Shown here piece after piece: positions 17,037 through 27,786 of a DNA stretch of 30,871 nt (position 1 is its first letter; each line of letters starts with the position of its first letter). Origin of the DNA: a virus; the UHGV virus genome UHGV-0057520. One strand, written 5' to 3'. Position numbers and translations under genes: made by a program. The notes under the pieces were generated by a model that searched no databases, was not told where the DNA came from, and was given only the letters and a program-made list of their open reading frames with translations.

Positions 17037-17930
17037 ATGGACCAGATGGCAGAAAACACACCAGAAGTTGAAATCGAAACCGACGCGTCAGAGCAGATTC
17101 CTGATGATGTCGAACTGGCTGAAGAAGTCGAAACAGCAGATGGCAGTGAGTCCTCAGGAAATGATGCAGAGGAAGCTACTGACACTGATGACGACGAATC
17201 AGAACAGGAATTCTACTTTGGTGACGAAAAGCTGGATTCGCCAACCAGCGAAGATGGAGCTGAGCATGGACTGGTAAAACACTTGCGCAAGACGATTAAA
17301 GAGAAAGACCGCGAGCTGAAAGAGCTGATGCGTCAGTCTCAGAAACCCGTCGAGCAGCAGCCGGTAATCACTCAACCACCGCGAATGCCAAAACTGGACG
17401 ATGAGGACATCGGTTTCGATGAAGAAATCTACCAGCAACGCATGGCTAAGTGGGCAGAGGATAACGGCAAATACCAGGAGCAAGTACGAGAGCGGAAACG
17501 AGAGGAAGAGGCGCGTACCGCAACGCTTCAGCAGAAAGCAGCCAATTACATGCAGAGAGTAAAAGCACTGAAAGTGGCTGGCTACCAGGATGCAGAGCAG
17601 GCTGTACGCGAAGATGTTCCTGTTCATATTCAGGACATGATCCTTCTTGAGTCAGAGAAGCCGGAAATCGTTGTTCTGGCGCTCGGTCGCAACGCTGAAC
17701 TGCGCAAGCAACTGGCAGAAGCTACCAACCCCGTAGCAATTGGTCGTCTGCTGGAACGTATCGAATCGAAGGCCAGAATCATGCCAAAAGCAAAAACCAC
17801 GGCAGCCACAACCCCGACAGTTAAGGGGAGCAACGGCGCAGTAATCAACAACCTCGACAAATTGAAAGCCAAGGCGCTGGAAACTGGTGACTGGACGCCG
17901 TATTTCGCCGCTAAAAAGGCAAAAAAATAA
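17037..17930 (+). CDS. scaffolding protein
   Basis: 297 aa, highly acidic N-terminus, charged helical C-terminus, between portal and coat genes. Confidence 0.8.
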   Translation: MDQMAENTPEVEIETDASEQIPDDVELAEEVETADGSESSGNDAEEATDTDDDESEQEFYFGDEKLDSPTSEDGAEHGLVKHLRKTIKEKDRELKELMRQSQKPVEQQPVITQPPRMPKLDDEDIGFDEEIYQQRMAKWAEDNGKYQEQVRERKREEEARTATLQQKAANYMQRVKALKVAGYQDAEQAVREDVPVHIQDMILLESEKPEIVVLALGRNAELRKQLAEATNPVAIGRLLERIESKARIMPKAKTTAATTPTVKGSNGAVINNLDKLKAKALETGDWTPYFAAKKAKK

Positions 17931-17948
17931 CCTATCGGAGCATTAAGC

Positions 17949-19238
17949 ATGGCTAACCAATTAGCAAAAGACCTTGAAATCATGTTCGAAAACTACGTTG
18001 AAGGCTTTGAGGCCGCCTGCGTAGTTTCCCATAACGCTAAAAAATTCCGTCCCGGTGATACAGCAATGCAGCGAGCAGGTGATGTTCTGTATCGTCCGCA
18101 GCATTACCACATGAACATTGAGGAAGGCCTCGATCTCAGCAGCAAAACGCCTACAGCACTGGTTCAGCGCCTTGTTCCTTCTGTGTTCAAGGAGCCGAAA
18201 AACATTCTGTACACTCTGGATGCGCGTGAAATGCGTGACCCTGAGCATAAAACTGAAGCTGGTCGCGCCGCAGGTATGCGCCTTGCTGCACAGATTGACT
18301 CTGACCTGATTTCCATGGTTACGCAGCGTGCTACTAACGTGATCACAATGTCTGACTCAACCACAGGTACACAGGGCCGTGATTTGTGGAACTGTGCGGC
18401 AGGTACACAGGGCCGTGATTTGTGGAACTGTGCGGCAGGTATTGATGCCACCATGACGGCGATTGGTGTACCGCAGGGTATCAACCGTCGCTCTTTCTGG
18501 AACCCCTTCAACTACAAAGACCTTGCTGGCGAGCTTGGTCACCGTGCCTACGCTCAGGGCGCAACCCTGACAGCATACGAAAAAGCGCAGATCCCTCCGG
18601 TTGCTTCCTTTGATAGCTACAAGACCGATATTTCTGGTCGATTACCGAAAGGAAGCGCTGAATCCTTGACAGTATCAGACCAACCTGAACACAAGGTTGA
18701 AGCGAAAGATTCAAATGGTATGCCAGTTGATAACCGACAGGGGACTATTACGGTATCTGCATCTGGCTTGCAGGTTGGTGATGCGTTCACCATTGCCGGT
18801 GTGAATTCCGTACACCAGATCACAAAAGATACCACCGGGCAACCGCAGGTATTCCGTGTTCTGGCTGTTAGCGGAACTACCGTAACAATCTCTCCAAAGA
18901 TTCTCCCTGTTGAAAATACCGATGTTGCGAGTCGTCCATATGCAAACGTCGATGCCAAACCGGCAGAATCAGCAGCAATCACCATTCTCAACAAGAACGC
19001 AGCACCTGCTAACCTGTTCTGGGCTGATGGTTCTGTTGAGCTGATGTACGGCAAACTAGCGTTCCCGACTGGTCAGGGTCCACAGGTAATGACAGCAACC
19101 ACCGAGCAGGGCGCTACGCTGATCATGTCTTACGCCTTCGACCACATCAAAGGCGTAACCACTGCTCGTTTCACCACTCTGTACGGTTGCTCTGTACTTG
19201 TTCCTGAATATACGGGCATCGTTATTGCCGGGCAGTAA
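17949..19238 (+). CDS. major coat protein (P22 gp5-like)
   Basis: 429 aa; several blocks parallel P22 gp5 as recalled (FRVLAVSGTTVTISPK, RPYANV, LFWADGSVEL); contains the tandem duplication at 18365-18436. Confidence 0.85.
   Translation: MANQLAKDLEIMFENYVEGFEAACVVSHNAKKFRPGDTAMQRAGDVLYRPQHYHMNIEEGLDLSSKTPTALVQRLVPSVFKEPKNILYTLDAREMRDPEHKTEAGRAAGMRLAAQIDSDLISMVTQRATNVITMSDSTTGTQGRDLWNCAAGTQGRDLWNCAAGIDATMTAIGVPQGINRRSFWNPFNYKDLAGELGHRAYAQGATLTAYEKAQIPPVASFDSYKTDISGRLPKGSAESLTVSDQPEHKVEAKDSNGMPVDNRQGTITVSASGLQVGDAFTIAGVNSVHQITKDTTGQPQVFRVLAVSGTTVTISPKILPVENTDVASRPYANVDAKPAESAAITILNKNAAPANLFWADGSVELMYGKLAFPTGQGPQVMTATTEQGATLIMSYAFDHIKGVTTARFTTLYGCSVLVPEYTGIVIAGQ
18365..18436 (+). repeat. perfect 36-bp tandem duplication inside the coat gene, in frame
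   Basis: AGGTACACAGGGCCGTGATTTGTGGAACTGTGCGGC occurs twice back to back, encoding two copies of a 12-residue unit (cyclic form TQGRDLWNCAAG). Confidence 0.9.
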
Positions 19239-19245
19239 TTTTGGT

Positions 19246-19266
19246 GGGGCTTCGGCCCCATTTTTA
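19246..19266 (+). terminator. rho-independent terminator or attenuator after the coat gene
   Basis: GGGGC-TTCG-GCCCC hairpin followed by ATTTTTATT. Confidence 0.6.
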
Positions 19267-19279
19267 TTGGGAGAAGACA

Positions 19280-19468
19280 ATGGCACGAACAATGCTCTAT
19301 AAGCCTGGCAACATGATCACCTGTGGTCAGTTTGCTGTCGATTACATCATTGTTGATGACGAAGAAGTTAAATCTCACCTGAAAAAAGGTTGGGTAAAAA
19401 CTCCTGAAGAAACCGCAACGAAGCAAAAAGTGGCTAAGGCGGAAGAAGATGGCGAAAACGAAGGGTGA
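19280..19468 (+). CDS. small hypothetical protein, 62 aa
   Basis: ATG at 19280 with GGGAGAAG upstream (ORF track starts at 19241); acidic C-terminus; overlaps the next gene start. Confidence 0.45.
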   Translation: MARTMLYKPGNMITCGQFAVDYIIVDDEEVKSHLKKGWVKTPEETATKQKVAKAEEDGENEG

Positions 19469-19910
19469 TCTCGTTCTAAAGGCTTTACGAAAAGCCGGGC
19501 TGTATTCCAATGCCACGTTGACAGATGCCGACCCTCAGGCAATTGAAGATGCCATTAATGACCTTGAAGACATGATGGCAGCATGGCAGGCGAAAGGTAT
19601 CGAGCTTGGATATCAGTTTGCGGATACAGAAAACGGCATCATGCCGTTACCTGACGATGATTCAGGTATCCCTGCATGGGCAAATGATGGCGTCGCTTTG
19701 AAGCTCGCTGTGCAAGTGTGCATGGATAACGTCATTCAGCCGTCGGATGCTCTCCTGACCGCTGCTGACAGTGCATATCAGACAATCTGTATCGCTTTAA
19801 CAAAAATACCACCACTTGAGCGGCGAAATGACATGCCTCGCGGTAGTGGTAACAAAAGCGCGTTTACGTGGAATCGGTTTTACATCGAGAAAGATGATCC
19901 GAGTACGTGA
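19449..19910 (+). CDS. tail accessory / head-completion protein (P22 gp4-like)
   Basis: KTKGDLV...LTD..PQ...DA..DLE.MMA.W and PRGSGN motifs parallel P22 gp4 as recalled. Confidence 0.75.
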   Translation: MAKTKGDLVLKALRKAGLYSNATLTDADPQAIEDAINDLEDMMAAWQAKGIELGYQFADTENGIMPLPDDDSGIPAWANDGVALKLAVQVCMDNVIQPSDALLTAADSAYQTICIALTKIPPLERRNDMPRGSGNKSAFTWNRFYIEKDDPST

Positions 19911-19919
19911 GGTGAATAA

Positions 19920-21338
19920 ATGCCGATTCAGCAACTTCCGCTCATGAAAGGTGTCGGCAAAGACTTCCGAAATGCCGACTATATCGACTATCTACCAGTG
20001 AATATGTTGGCTACACCCAAAGAAATCCTTAACAGCAGCGGATATCTTCGCTCATTCCCGGGCATTGCCAAACGCTCTGATGTAAACGGTGTATCGCGCG
20101 GAGTCGAGTACAACATGGCGCAGAATGCTGTTTATCGCGTGTGTGGTGGGAAGCTTTACAAAGGCGAAAGCGAAGTCGGTGACGTCGCCGGAAGTGGTCG
20201 CGTATCAATGGCGCATGGTCGGACATCTCAGGCTGTAGGTGTTAATGGTCAACTGGTCGAGTATCGCTATGATGGCACGGTTAAAACCGTCTCAAACTGG
20301 CCTACAGACAGCGGATTCACACAGTACGAGTTAGGTTCAGTTCGCGACATTACGCGCTTACGTGGGCGTTATGCGTGGTCAAAAGACGGAACTGATTCAT
20401 GGTTTATCACTGACCCTGAAGACGAATCGCACCCTGACCGATACAGTGCACAATATCGTGCCGAGTCTCAGCCTGACGGTATTATCGGCATCGGAACATG
20501 GCGAGACTTCATCGTCTGCTTTGGTTCATCGACGATTGAATATTTCTCCCTGACTGGTGCAACCACAGTTGGTGCTGCTTTGTATGTCGCACAGCCATCG
20601 CTGATGGTGCAAAAAGGCATCGCCGGGACTTACTGCAAAACGCCGTTTGCTGATTCCTATGCGTTTATCAGCAATCCGGCAACAGGTGCGCCGTCTGTGT
20701 ACATCATCGGTTCCGGGCAGGTGTCACCAATCGCCAGCGCGAGCATTGAGAAAATCCTCCGCTCCTACACTGCTGATGAACTGGCTGATGGCGTGATGGA
20801 GTCTCTGCGATTTGATGCTCATGAGTTGCTGATTATCCACCTTCCGCGTCATGTCCTCGTGTACGACGCATCTTCAAGCGCCAATGGCCCGCAATGGTGT
20901 GTGTTGAAAACTGGCTTGTATGACGATGTGTACCGCGCTATCGACTTCATTTACGAAGGCAATCAGATAACGTGCGGCGATAAGCTGGAGTCCGTGACCG
21001 GGAAATTGCAGTTCGATATCAGCAGTCAGTATGGTCTTCAACAGGAACACCTGCTGTTTACTCCGTTGTTCAAAGCGGATAACGCCAGAGTGTTCGACCT
21101 TGAGGTTGAGTCGTCAACTGGCGTTGCGCAGTATGCTGACCGCCTTTTTCTCTCTGCAACCACTGACGGCATCAATTACGGGCGTGAGCAGATGATTGAG
21201 CAGAATGAACCGTTCGTTTACGACAAACGTGTTTTGTGGAAGCGAGTAGGGCGCATCAGGAAAAATGTCGGCTTCAAATTGCGCGTTATCACGAAGTCAC
21301 CTGTCACTCTGTCTGGTGCTCAGATAAGGATTGAGTAA
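19920..21338 (+). CDS. tail accessory protein (P22 gp10-like)
   Basis: 472 aa; N-terminus [49 protein letters not shown] is nearly identical to P22 gp10 as recalled. Confidence 0.85.
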   Translation: MPIQQLPLMKGVGKDFRNADYIDYLPVNMLATPKEILNSSGYLRSFPGIAKRSDVNGVSRGVEYNMAQNAVYRVCGGKLYKGESEVGDVAGSGRVSMAHGRTSQAVGVNGQLVEYRYDGTVKTVSNWPTDSGFTQYELGSVRDITRLRGRYAWSKDGTDSWFITDPEDESHPDRYSAQYRAESQPDGIIGIGTWRDFIVCFGSSTIEYFSLTGATTVGAALYVAQPSLMVQKGIAGTYCKTPFADSYAFISNPATGAPSVYIIGSGQVSPIASASIEKILRSYTADELADGVMESLRFDAHELLIIHLPRHVLVYDASSSANGPQWCVLKTGLYDDVYRAIDFIYEGNQITCGDKLESVTGKLQFDISSQYGLQQEHLLFTPLFKADNARVFDLEVESSTGVAQYADRLFLSATTDGINYGREQMIEQNEPFVYDKRVLWKRVGRIRKNVGFKLRVITKSPVTLSGAQIRIE

Positions 21339-22186
21339 TGGCGGATTCGAATCTCAATACACCTGTTATTGTTCAGGCGACGCGGCTCGATACATCAATC
21401 CTTCCACGCAATATCTTCTCGCAGTCATATCTGCTGTACGTTATCGCACAGGGTACTGATGTTGGTAACGTGGCGAACAAGGCCAACGATGCCGGACAGG
21501 GCGCTTATGATGCACAGGTCAGGAACGATGAGCAGGATGTAATACTGGTCGATCACGAAATTCGACTGGCATCGGCCGAAGCGAAGATACAGGACCACGA
21601 AACAAGGATCACTAACGCAGAAGCGGCGATAGTCGGCCTTGATTCGCGATTAACGACAGCAGAAAACGATATTGATTATCTGACTGATGAAGTTGTCGCC
21701 ATACAAAACACGCTTTCAGACCATGAAACGCGCATCGATGCTCTGGAGTATGCCACCACGCGCAAGAAATCAGAGGTTGTTTACTCAGGAGTATCGATAA
21801 CCATTCCGACAGCGCCGACCAACCTTGTTAGCTTGCTGAAAACGCTCACGCCGTCATCCGGCACGTTGGCACCATTCTTCGACACCGTTAACAACAAGAT
21901 GGTTGTGTTCAACGAGAACAAAACCCTGTTCTTCAAGCTGTCGATTGTCGGGACGTGGCCCAGCGGAACCGCCAACAGGTCAATGCAGCTAACTTTTTCC
22001 GGCTCTGTTCCTGACACACTGGTAAGCAGTCGCAACTCGGCGACAACAACCGACAACATCCTGTTAGCTACGTTCTTTAGCGTTGATAAAGACGGCTTTC
22101 TTGCCACAAATGGCAGCACGTTAACCATTCAGTCGAATGGTGCGTCGTTTACTGCCACAATCATCAAAATCATTGCGGAGCAGTGA
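21338..22186 (+). CDS. tail needle protein (gp26-like N-terminus with a different C-terminal domain)
   Basis: First ~60 residues match P22 gp26 as recalled; followed by coiled-coil heptads and a ~140-residue C-terminal domain not found in P22 gp26. Confidence 0.75.
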   Translation: MADSNLNTPVIVQATRLDTSILPRNIFSQSYLLYVIAQGTDVGNVANKANDAGQGAYDAQVRNDEQDVILVDHEIRLASAEAKIQDHETRITNAEAAIVGLDSRLTTAENDIDYLTDEVVAIQNTLSDHETRIDALEYATTRKKSEVVYSGVSITIPTAPTNLVSLLKTLTPSSGTLAPFFDTVNNKMVVFNENKTLFFKLSIVGTWPSGTANRSMQLTFSGSVPDTLVSSRNSATTTDNILLATFFSVDKDGFLATNGSTLTIQSNGASFTATIIKIIAEQ

Positions 22187-22665
22187 TGGAAATAAAGCTC
22201 ATCGATAATCCGGTGAAGCTTGCAGAATTCCTCAACAACCCGGCAAACACAGGAAATATCGTAGACAGTGGAGATAAATACTACATCAAGCCTGATGCGG
22301 TATACCTCGGCATCTACGAAGGATTAGTGCTGGCTGGCGTTCATGAAGTGCGTAACTTCTGGCATAGCGTTGTTGAATGCCATGCGGTGTACGACCCCGG
22401 ATTCCGTGGTGAATATGCACTGCAAGGGCATCGATTATTCTGCAAATGGCTTCTCGAAAACTCACCATTCCTTAACAGCATCACCATGGTTCCTGACACC
22501 ACCAAATACGGACGGGCAATTATCCGTTTGCTTGGCGCTACCCGTGTTGGTCACCTTGATGATGCTTATACCAGCAATGGAAAGCCTGTAGGCATCACGA
22601 TTTATCAGTTACCGCGCTCAAAATACGAGGAGCTAAAGAATGTTAATTTCCCAGATTGCCAATAA
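22183..22665 (+). CDS. head/ejection accessory protein (P22 gene 14 position)
   Basis: 160 aa between the needle and the first ejection protein; assigned by synteny only. Confidence 0.5.
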   Translation: MMEIKLIDNPVKLAEFLNNPANTGNIVDSGDKYYIKPDAVYLGIYEGLVLAGVHEVRNFWHSVVECHAVYDPGFRGEYALQGHRLFCKWLLENSPFLNSITMVPDTTKYGRAIIRLLGATRVGHLDDAYTSNGKPVGITIYQLPRSKYEELKNVNFPDCQ

Positions 22666-23314
22666 GCACCTCAGCAAAGCTGTTTACTGCAAAGGTGGCA
22701 GTGATGGCGGTTCAAAGGCACAGGCACGCGCAACTGAAAAGGGCATCGAATTGCAGCGCGAAATGTGGCAAACGAACATGCAAAACCTTGCACCGTTCAC
22801 GCCACTTGCTCAGCAGTACGTATCACAGTTGCAGAATCTTTCCTCTCTTCAGGGGCAAGGTCAGGCGCTTAACCAGTATTACAACTCCCAGCAGTACAAA
22901 GACCTTGCTGGACAGGCGCGTTACCAGAGTCTGGCAGCAGCAGAGGCAACGGGTGGATTAGGCTCTACAGCAACAGGAAACCAGTTAGCAGCAATCGCAC
23001 CTACACTCGGTCAAAACTGGCTGTCAGGTCAGATGAACAACTACAACAATCTGGCAAACATTGGCCTTGGTGCTCTTACAGGTCAGGCAAACGCCGGGCA
23101 GAACTACGCTAACAACGTCAGCCAATTGTATCAACAGCAGGCGGCGGCATCTGCGGCTAATGCTAACCGACCATCAGGACTGCAATCAGCCTTGGGAGGT
23201 GCCATGAGCGGTGCTGCATCAGGGGCGATGATTGGCTCTGTGGTGCCAGGAATAGGTACGGCTGTTGGCGCTATTGGTGGCGGCATTATCGGTGGGCTTG
23301 GATCATTGTTTTAA
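22640..23314 (+). CDS. ejection (internal virion) protein, gp7-like
   Basis: 224 aa, Gln/Ala/Gly-rich with a glycine-rich hydrophobic C-terminus; position and size match P22 gp7. Confidence 0.65.
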   Translation: MLISQIANKHLSKAVYCKGGSDGGSKAQARATEKGIELQREMWQTNMQNLAPFTPLAQQYVSQLQNLSSLQGQGQALNQYYNSQQYKDLAGQARYQSLAAAEATGGLGSTATGNQLAAIAPTLGQNWLSGQMNNYNNLANIGLGALTGQANAGQNYANNVSQLYQQQAAASAANANRPSGLQSALGGAMSGAASGAMIGSVVPGIGTAVGAIGGGIIGGLGSLF

Positions 23315-23323
23315 GGTGGGAAT

Positions 23324-24736
23324 ATGGCTACTTGGCAACAAGGAATCAACTCAGGCGGTTTTCTTGCTGGTATCGGTGGGCAAAACTCAAATGCGCCAAA
23401 GGCAAGTGATGTAAGTGAGGCGTTGGCCTATATTCGCCAGAACAACGAAATGGAGCGTTCAGGTCGCAATAACATCGGCCTTCAGGCGTTGCAGGGACTT
23501 GGTAGTGTCGCTCAAACATATCAAGCCGCAAAGCAACAGGAAGCGGATGCTGCATTCCAAAAAGAATATGCGGCAGCCATCCAGTCAGGCGATCGACAGC
23601 AGGTGCGAGATTTGATGACCAAATATCCTGGTCAATTAGAGAAGATTCAGTCTGGCATGAAGTGGGCAGACGAAGACCAGCGCAACTCTATCGGCACCTT
23701 AGCGGCTGGCGCTCGCCTTGCGGCATCGTCTCCAGAAGCAATGCAATCATGGCTACAAAACAACGCCAAGGAACTGACTCGCGTCGGTGTTGACCCTAAT
23801 AACGTTGCTCAGATGTATCAGCAGAACCCTTCAGGATTTGGTGAGTTTGTTGATCACCTTGGGATGGCTGCGCTTGGTCCGATTGATTACTTCAATGTTC
23901 AGGACAAGATGGCTGGTCGTGAGATTGACCGAGGCGGGCTGGCAGAGACAATCCGCAGCAATCAGGCTGGTGAAGCACTTCAGGCGAGAGGGCAAAACCT
24001 TTCCTATCAGTCAGCAATGACTGGGCACAATATCGCAGCACAACGCTTGGCTCTGGATCAGCAAGAGTTCGGGTTTAAGATGCAGCAAGCGCAGGAAAAG
24101 GCTCAGCAGTTGATTAGCGAAGCACCTAAGCTGTCAGTAAACATGGAAAAAGGCATCGAGACGGCTGTAAACAATGCCACAGCATCATCAAACTCAGCCA
24201 ATTCCATGAGTGCGCTTGCTCAACAGTTCAGAGCAGAAAAACCAACGACCGGCTTGTTCGGTAACGCACAGAACATGTTCGCAAAACTTACCGGAAGCGA
24301 TACGACATTGCGTGATTTGCGCATTCGCCAAAATGCCCTTGTTAACAGTCAGGTTCTTAAATTCCTACCTCCCGGCCCAGCAACGGATAAAGACGTTGAG
24401 ATCGTTCGACAGGGTGCGCCAACTGACATGGATAACCCTGAGACGGTCGCAAGATGGCTTGATGCAATGGCAAACCTTGAGCGACGAAACGCGCAGTTTA
24501 ATGAGTTTAAAGCTGAGTGGATGAGCGCGAATGGCAACCCTGGACAATCGCGTAATGGCGGTCAGATATTGGGGTTGGATGTTAAAAAAGGTGAATCATT
24601 GGGGAGTGCCGTTAAGCGGTATATGTCAATGAATACTGACGCAGCGCCAGCACAAGATTCGACACCTTCAGGAGAACCACGGAATCAGGTTGGATCATAT
24701 ACCTCAAAATCAGGCATTCAATTTACGGTGGAATGA
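23324..24736 (+). CDS. ejection protein, gp20-like
   Basis: 470 aa (P22 gp20 is about 471 aa); assigned by synteny and size. Confidence 0.7.
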   Translation: MATWQQGINSGGFLAGIGGQNSNAPKASDVSEALAYIRQNNEMERSGRNNIGLQALQGLGSVAQTYQAAKQQEADAAFQKEYAAAIQSGDRQQVRDLMTKYPGQLEKIQSGMKWADEDQRNSIGTLAAGARLAASSPEAMQSWLQNNAKELTRVGVDPNNVAQMYQQNPSGFGEFVDHLGMAALGPIDYFNVQDKMAGREIDRGGLAETIRSNQAGEALQARGQNLSYQSAMTGHNIAAQRLALDQQEFGFKMQQAQEKAQQLISEAPKLSVNMEKGIETAVNNATASSNSANSMSALAQQFRAEKPTTGLFGNAQNMFAKLTGSDTTLRDLRIRQNALVNSQVLKFLPPGPATDKDVEIVRQGAPTDMDNPETVARWLDAMANLERRNAQFNEFKAEWMSANGNPGQSRNGGQILGLDVKKGESLGSAVKRYMSMNTDAAPAQDSTPSGEPRNQVGSYTSKSGIQFTVE

Positions 24737-26580
24737 TGAAAGTAACTGCAAACGGTAAGACATTTACCTTTCCTGATGGTACGAGCACCGAAGATATTGG
24801 CACCGCCATTGATGAGTATTTTGCTGGTCAGGCTGTTCAGCAACAAACAGTTAATCAGGCCAATAATGCACCAACACGGGAAGAACCATCATTGATGCAA
24901 CAAGCTGGCGATTGGCTCACTGGTGGTCAAAGTGCAGGGCAAATTGCGGAACAGGCTGGTCGTGGTCTGGTAAACATACCATTTGACGTATTGCAGGGCG
25001 GCGCAAGTCTGATTAATGCAATCAGCCAGGGGCTTGGTGGCCCCAAGGTTTTGGACGATGTCTATCGTCCAGTCGATCGACCAACAGACCCTTATGCGCA
25101 AGCTGGAGAAACAATTGGCGGGTATTTAGTTCCAGGAGTTGGAACGGCAGGAAGCATGGCTATTGGATCACTGGCAGAGGCCGCAAATCAGAAAGGCGAT
25201 TTCGCACAAAATGCAGCTAAAAATGCCGGAGTTAACCTTGCCGCTCAGGGGGTTCTTTCCGCAGCAGCAAAGGGAATAGGGCGTGGAATAACGGCTATAA
25301 AAGGTGATATTGCGCCAGAAGTGGCGAAGAAAATTGCCACATCAGAATCGATGGGCGTGACACCAATGACATCTGATGTTATCACGCCGAAAAATGCTTT
25401 CACTCGCGGCCTAACTCAGGATGCCGAGGGGGCTTTGCTCGGGACAGGCTCAAAGCGAGCGGAGCAATATGCAACGCGTAGTAAGCTGGTAAGTAATTAT
25501 TTTGACCGTTTTGGTGAGTACAACCCTGATGATGTGGTGAAATCTCTTACCACCACGTTAAGGGGGCGGAAGGATGCCGCTGGCGCTGTTATCAATGACG
25601 TCACCAATAAAATGGGTAATGCCGCAGTTGATACCACAAATACCATGAATGCTCTGAATACAGCGATCGCAAGACAGGAACGGCTTGGGACGTCTGCCAA
25701 TCAAAGCCTGCTTACATCCTTGCGTAACCTACGTGAAGAATTAGCAAACCCTGCAACTGATTTGGATGTTACGTTTGATCTCTTGCGTCAGCACAGAACA
25801 GCATTTAGATCTAATGTTCAGGGAGATGCTATGGTCTTCCCAAACCAGGCAAAAGCAGCTACCAATATGGTAGAGAATGCAATGTCAAAAGATCTTCGTA
25901 ACGCAGTTGCAAAAAACCTCGGTGCATCAGACGCAGCAAAATACCTTAAAGCAAATTCCGATTATGCAAACGTTTATAATAAGGTGCTTAATAAAAACAT
26001 TGCTAACAAGCTCAACAAGGCAAGCAGTGAAGCCAGTCCTGAACTTATAAATACCGTTGTATTAAGCAGAAAACCATCTGACGTGAAACGAATCTGGAGC
26101 GCATTGGATAATAAAGGGAAAGATGCTATGCGTGCAGCTTATGTCAGCAAAATAGCGGAAAAGGCCGGTGACTCTCCAGCCAAGTTCATCACTGAAGTTA
26201 ATAAGCTGAAATCTCAGTCAGGCGGTGAAATTTACAACACTATTTTTTCTGGAAAGCACATGAAAGAGCTTGATTCTCTTCATGAAGTTCTACAGCAAAC
26301 AGCAAGGTCAGACACCGCAAATGTAGTAACTCAGACGGGGCAATCGCAAGCCAACAGGATAAGGACGATTGGCGCAACTGCGACTCTTGGCGTATCAATG
26401 GGGCTTGAGGCTGGTTTCGGTGCAATGATGCGCTTGTATGAGTCAAAAGCAGCAAGGAATGCTCTCTTACGTTTGGCAAACACCAAAGCAGGAACACCAG
26501 CCTATGAAAGAGCGCTAAATAATGCTGCAAATGCGATACGCCCTATACTTTCAAGCCAAATTACAGCAGAACAGCAATAA
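24733..26580 (+). CDS. ejection protein, gp16-like
   Basis: 615 aa (P22 gp16 is about 609 aa); assigned by synteny and size. Confidence 0.7.
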   Translation: MMKVTANGKTFTFPDGTSTEDIGTAIDEYFAGQAVQQQTVNQANNAPTREEPSLMQQAGDWLTGGQSAGQIAEQAGRGLVNIPFDVLQGGASLINAISQGLGGPKVLDDVYRPVDRPTDPYAQAGETIGGYLVPGVGTAGSMAIGSLAEAANQKGDFAQNAAKNAGVNLAAQGVLSAAAKGIGRGITAIKGDIAPEVAKKIATSESMGVTPMTSDVITPKNAFTRGLTQDAEGALLGTGSKRAEQYATRSKLVSNYFDRFGEYNPDDVVKSLTTTLRGRKDAAGAVINDVTNKMGNAAVDTTNTMNALNTAIARQERLGTSANQSLLTSLRNLREELANPATDLDVTFDLLRQHRTAFRSNVQGDAMVFPNQAKAATNMVENAMSKDLRNAVAKNLGASDAAKYLKANSDYANVYNKVLNKNIANKLNKASSEASPELINTVVLSRKPSDVKRIWSALDNKGKDAMRAAYVSKIAEKAGDSPAKFITEVNKLKSQSGGEIYNTIFSGKHMKELDSLHEVLQQTARSDTANVVTQTGQSQANRIRTIGATATLGVSMGLEAGFGAMMRLYESKAARNALLRLANTKAGTPAYERALNNAANAIRPILSSQITAEQQ

Positions 26581-26593
26581 AAATAAGATATAA

Positions 26594-27078
26594 CTATCTG
26601 ATATTACTGCTACTGTTGCATGTTACCGTGTTTCCAAATCCTGAATTGCAGTTTGTATATGTGTCAACGCGTGTTGGGTAAGGTTGAGTTATAACAGGCT
26701 GGCGCGCTTTTTGCTCGATCGCTTGCATTGTGTTTACAGCCTGATAATTCAATAAAGCCTGCTGGAATGCTTGGCTTTGTGCTATTTGTTGTGCTTGTTC
26801 TTGGCTTTGTAATTGAACATAAAGATTCTGAAGTTCAAGTCTTGCCTGTGTGTCACTTATCTTGCCTTCATCGACACCTTGCCCGAGCATCTTCGCAGCA
26901 AGGACATACAGCTTAGGTGTTGGTGCTGATGCCATGCGAGAGTCGTTCTTCAAGCTGGCATCAAGGCAATTAGCCATATCGCTAAGCTTTGGATAGCGTT
27001 GCTCGCAACTTGCCTGATAGTCGCTTACTTTTGCGCACCCAGCCAGCAGAAGCGGGATAATTAACAGTGATTTTTTCA
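26594..27078 (-). CDS. lipoprotein, about 161 aa mature-region Gln-rich (candidate exclusion or conversion factor)
   Basis: ORF track 26594..27130; likely start is the ATG at 27076-27078 giving MKKSLLIIPLLLAGC (signal peptide and lipobox); opposite strand to the flanking late genes; Gln-rich helical segment then Cys-containing C-terminus. Confidence 0.6.
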
Positions 27079-27113
27079 TATAATTAACTCTCCTTAGTTT
27101 TGCGCAGGATACC

Positions 27114-27479
27114 ATGAAAAAAGTTAACATTGGAAACGTACCAAAGATGCTCGTTCCGCTCTTTGAGAGCGGTACAATTGTGTTTTGTAGAGACTTTCCA
27201 GAATGGCAACGCCTGCATCAAAAACTTGGCGTTGACGTGCATGACTCGGACGCCAACGGAGCGTCTCATACAATGAGTAGCGAGAATGGTGTTTTGCATG
27301 TGATAGGCGTGTTCAATGGCAAACTATCTACTATTGCCCATGAGTGCGCTCACATGGCATTCGATATCTGCTCAAGGGTAGGTGTTGATGTTGAACCAGG
27401 AAGAGCCAACGAGACTTACTGCTACTTAATGAGCAGGCTTGTTGAGTTCTGCGAGCGACATATCAAAAAGCCGGAGTGA
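27114..27479 (+). CDS. small HExxH protein, possibly ImmA/IrrE-like (M78) zinc metallopeptidase
   Basis: 121 aa; HECAH motif followed about 15 residues later by RANETYCYLM, resembling the HExxH...E.EAN.FA signature of ImmA/IrrE domains as I recall them. Confidence 0.5.
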   Translation: MKKVNIGNVPKMLVPLFESGTIVFCRDFPEWQRLHQKLGVDVHDSDANGASHTMSSENGVLHVIGVFNGKLSTIAHECAHMAFDICSRVGVDVEPGRANETYCYLMSRLVEFCERHIKKPE

Positions 27480-27492
27480 CCCGGCTTGATTA

Positions 27493-27687
27493 TTACTTTT
27501 TGCTGTCTGGAGTTCGCTTATCCAATACCCAGCCATGACCTGGCTTTGTTGTTGGTGGAAGCCTTTCGTTGTCCTTGACGGTTGCAAAATTGTCTTTCTT
27601 ACCGCCGCGTGGGCCAACTTCTTGGTATATTCCGCCGTTTTTTCCTGTGTTTTCACCTGGTTTTTTCGCCATGATATACCTCAACAT
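27493..27687 (-). CDS. small basic Gly/Lys/Pro-rich hypothetical protein, 64 aa
   Basis: ORF downstream of the mnt terminator on the minus strand; low-complexity; no family recognised. Confidence 0.35.
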   Translation of the reverse strand: MLRYIMAKKPGENTGKNGGIYQEVGPRGGKKDNFATVKDNERLPPTTKPGHGWVLDKRTPDSKK

Positions 27688-27763
27688 ACACCCGTTATTG
27701 GGCGATTAAATATTGATCTCATTTTATAAGTAGTCAATATGGCCCAGGTAAATGCAAAAATTA

Positions 27764-27786
27764 ACCCACCTTCAGGTGGGTTTTTT
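27764..27786. terminator. bidirectional rho-independent terminator at the 3' end of mnt
   Basis: ACCCACC-TTCA-GGTGGGT hairpin flanked by AAAAATT upstream and TTTTTTG downstream. Confidence 0.7.

Noticed and set aside
16392-19516. Several minus-strand ORFs of 115-174 aa antisense to portal, scaffold and coat genes
   Set aside because: All are embedded in well-supported plus-strand structural genes; Arg/Leu/Cys-rich composition is typical of antisense frames.
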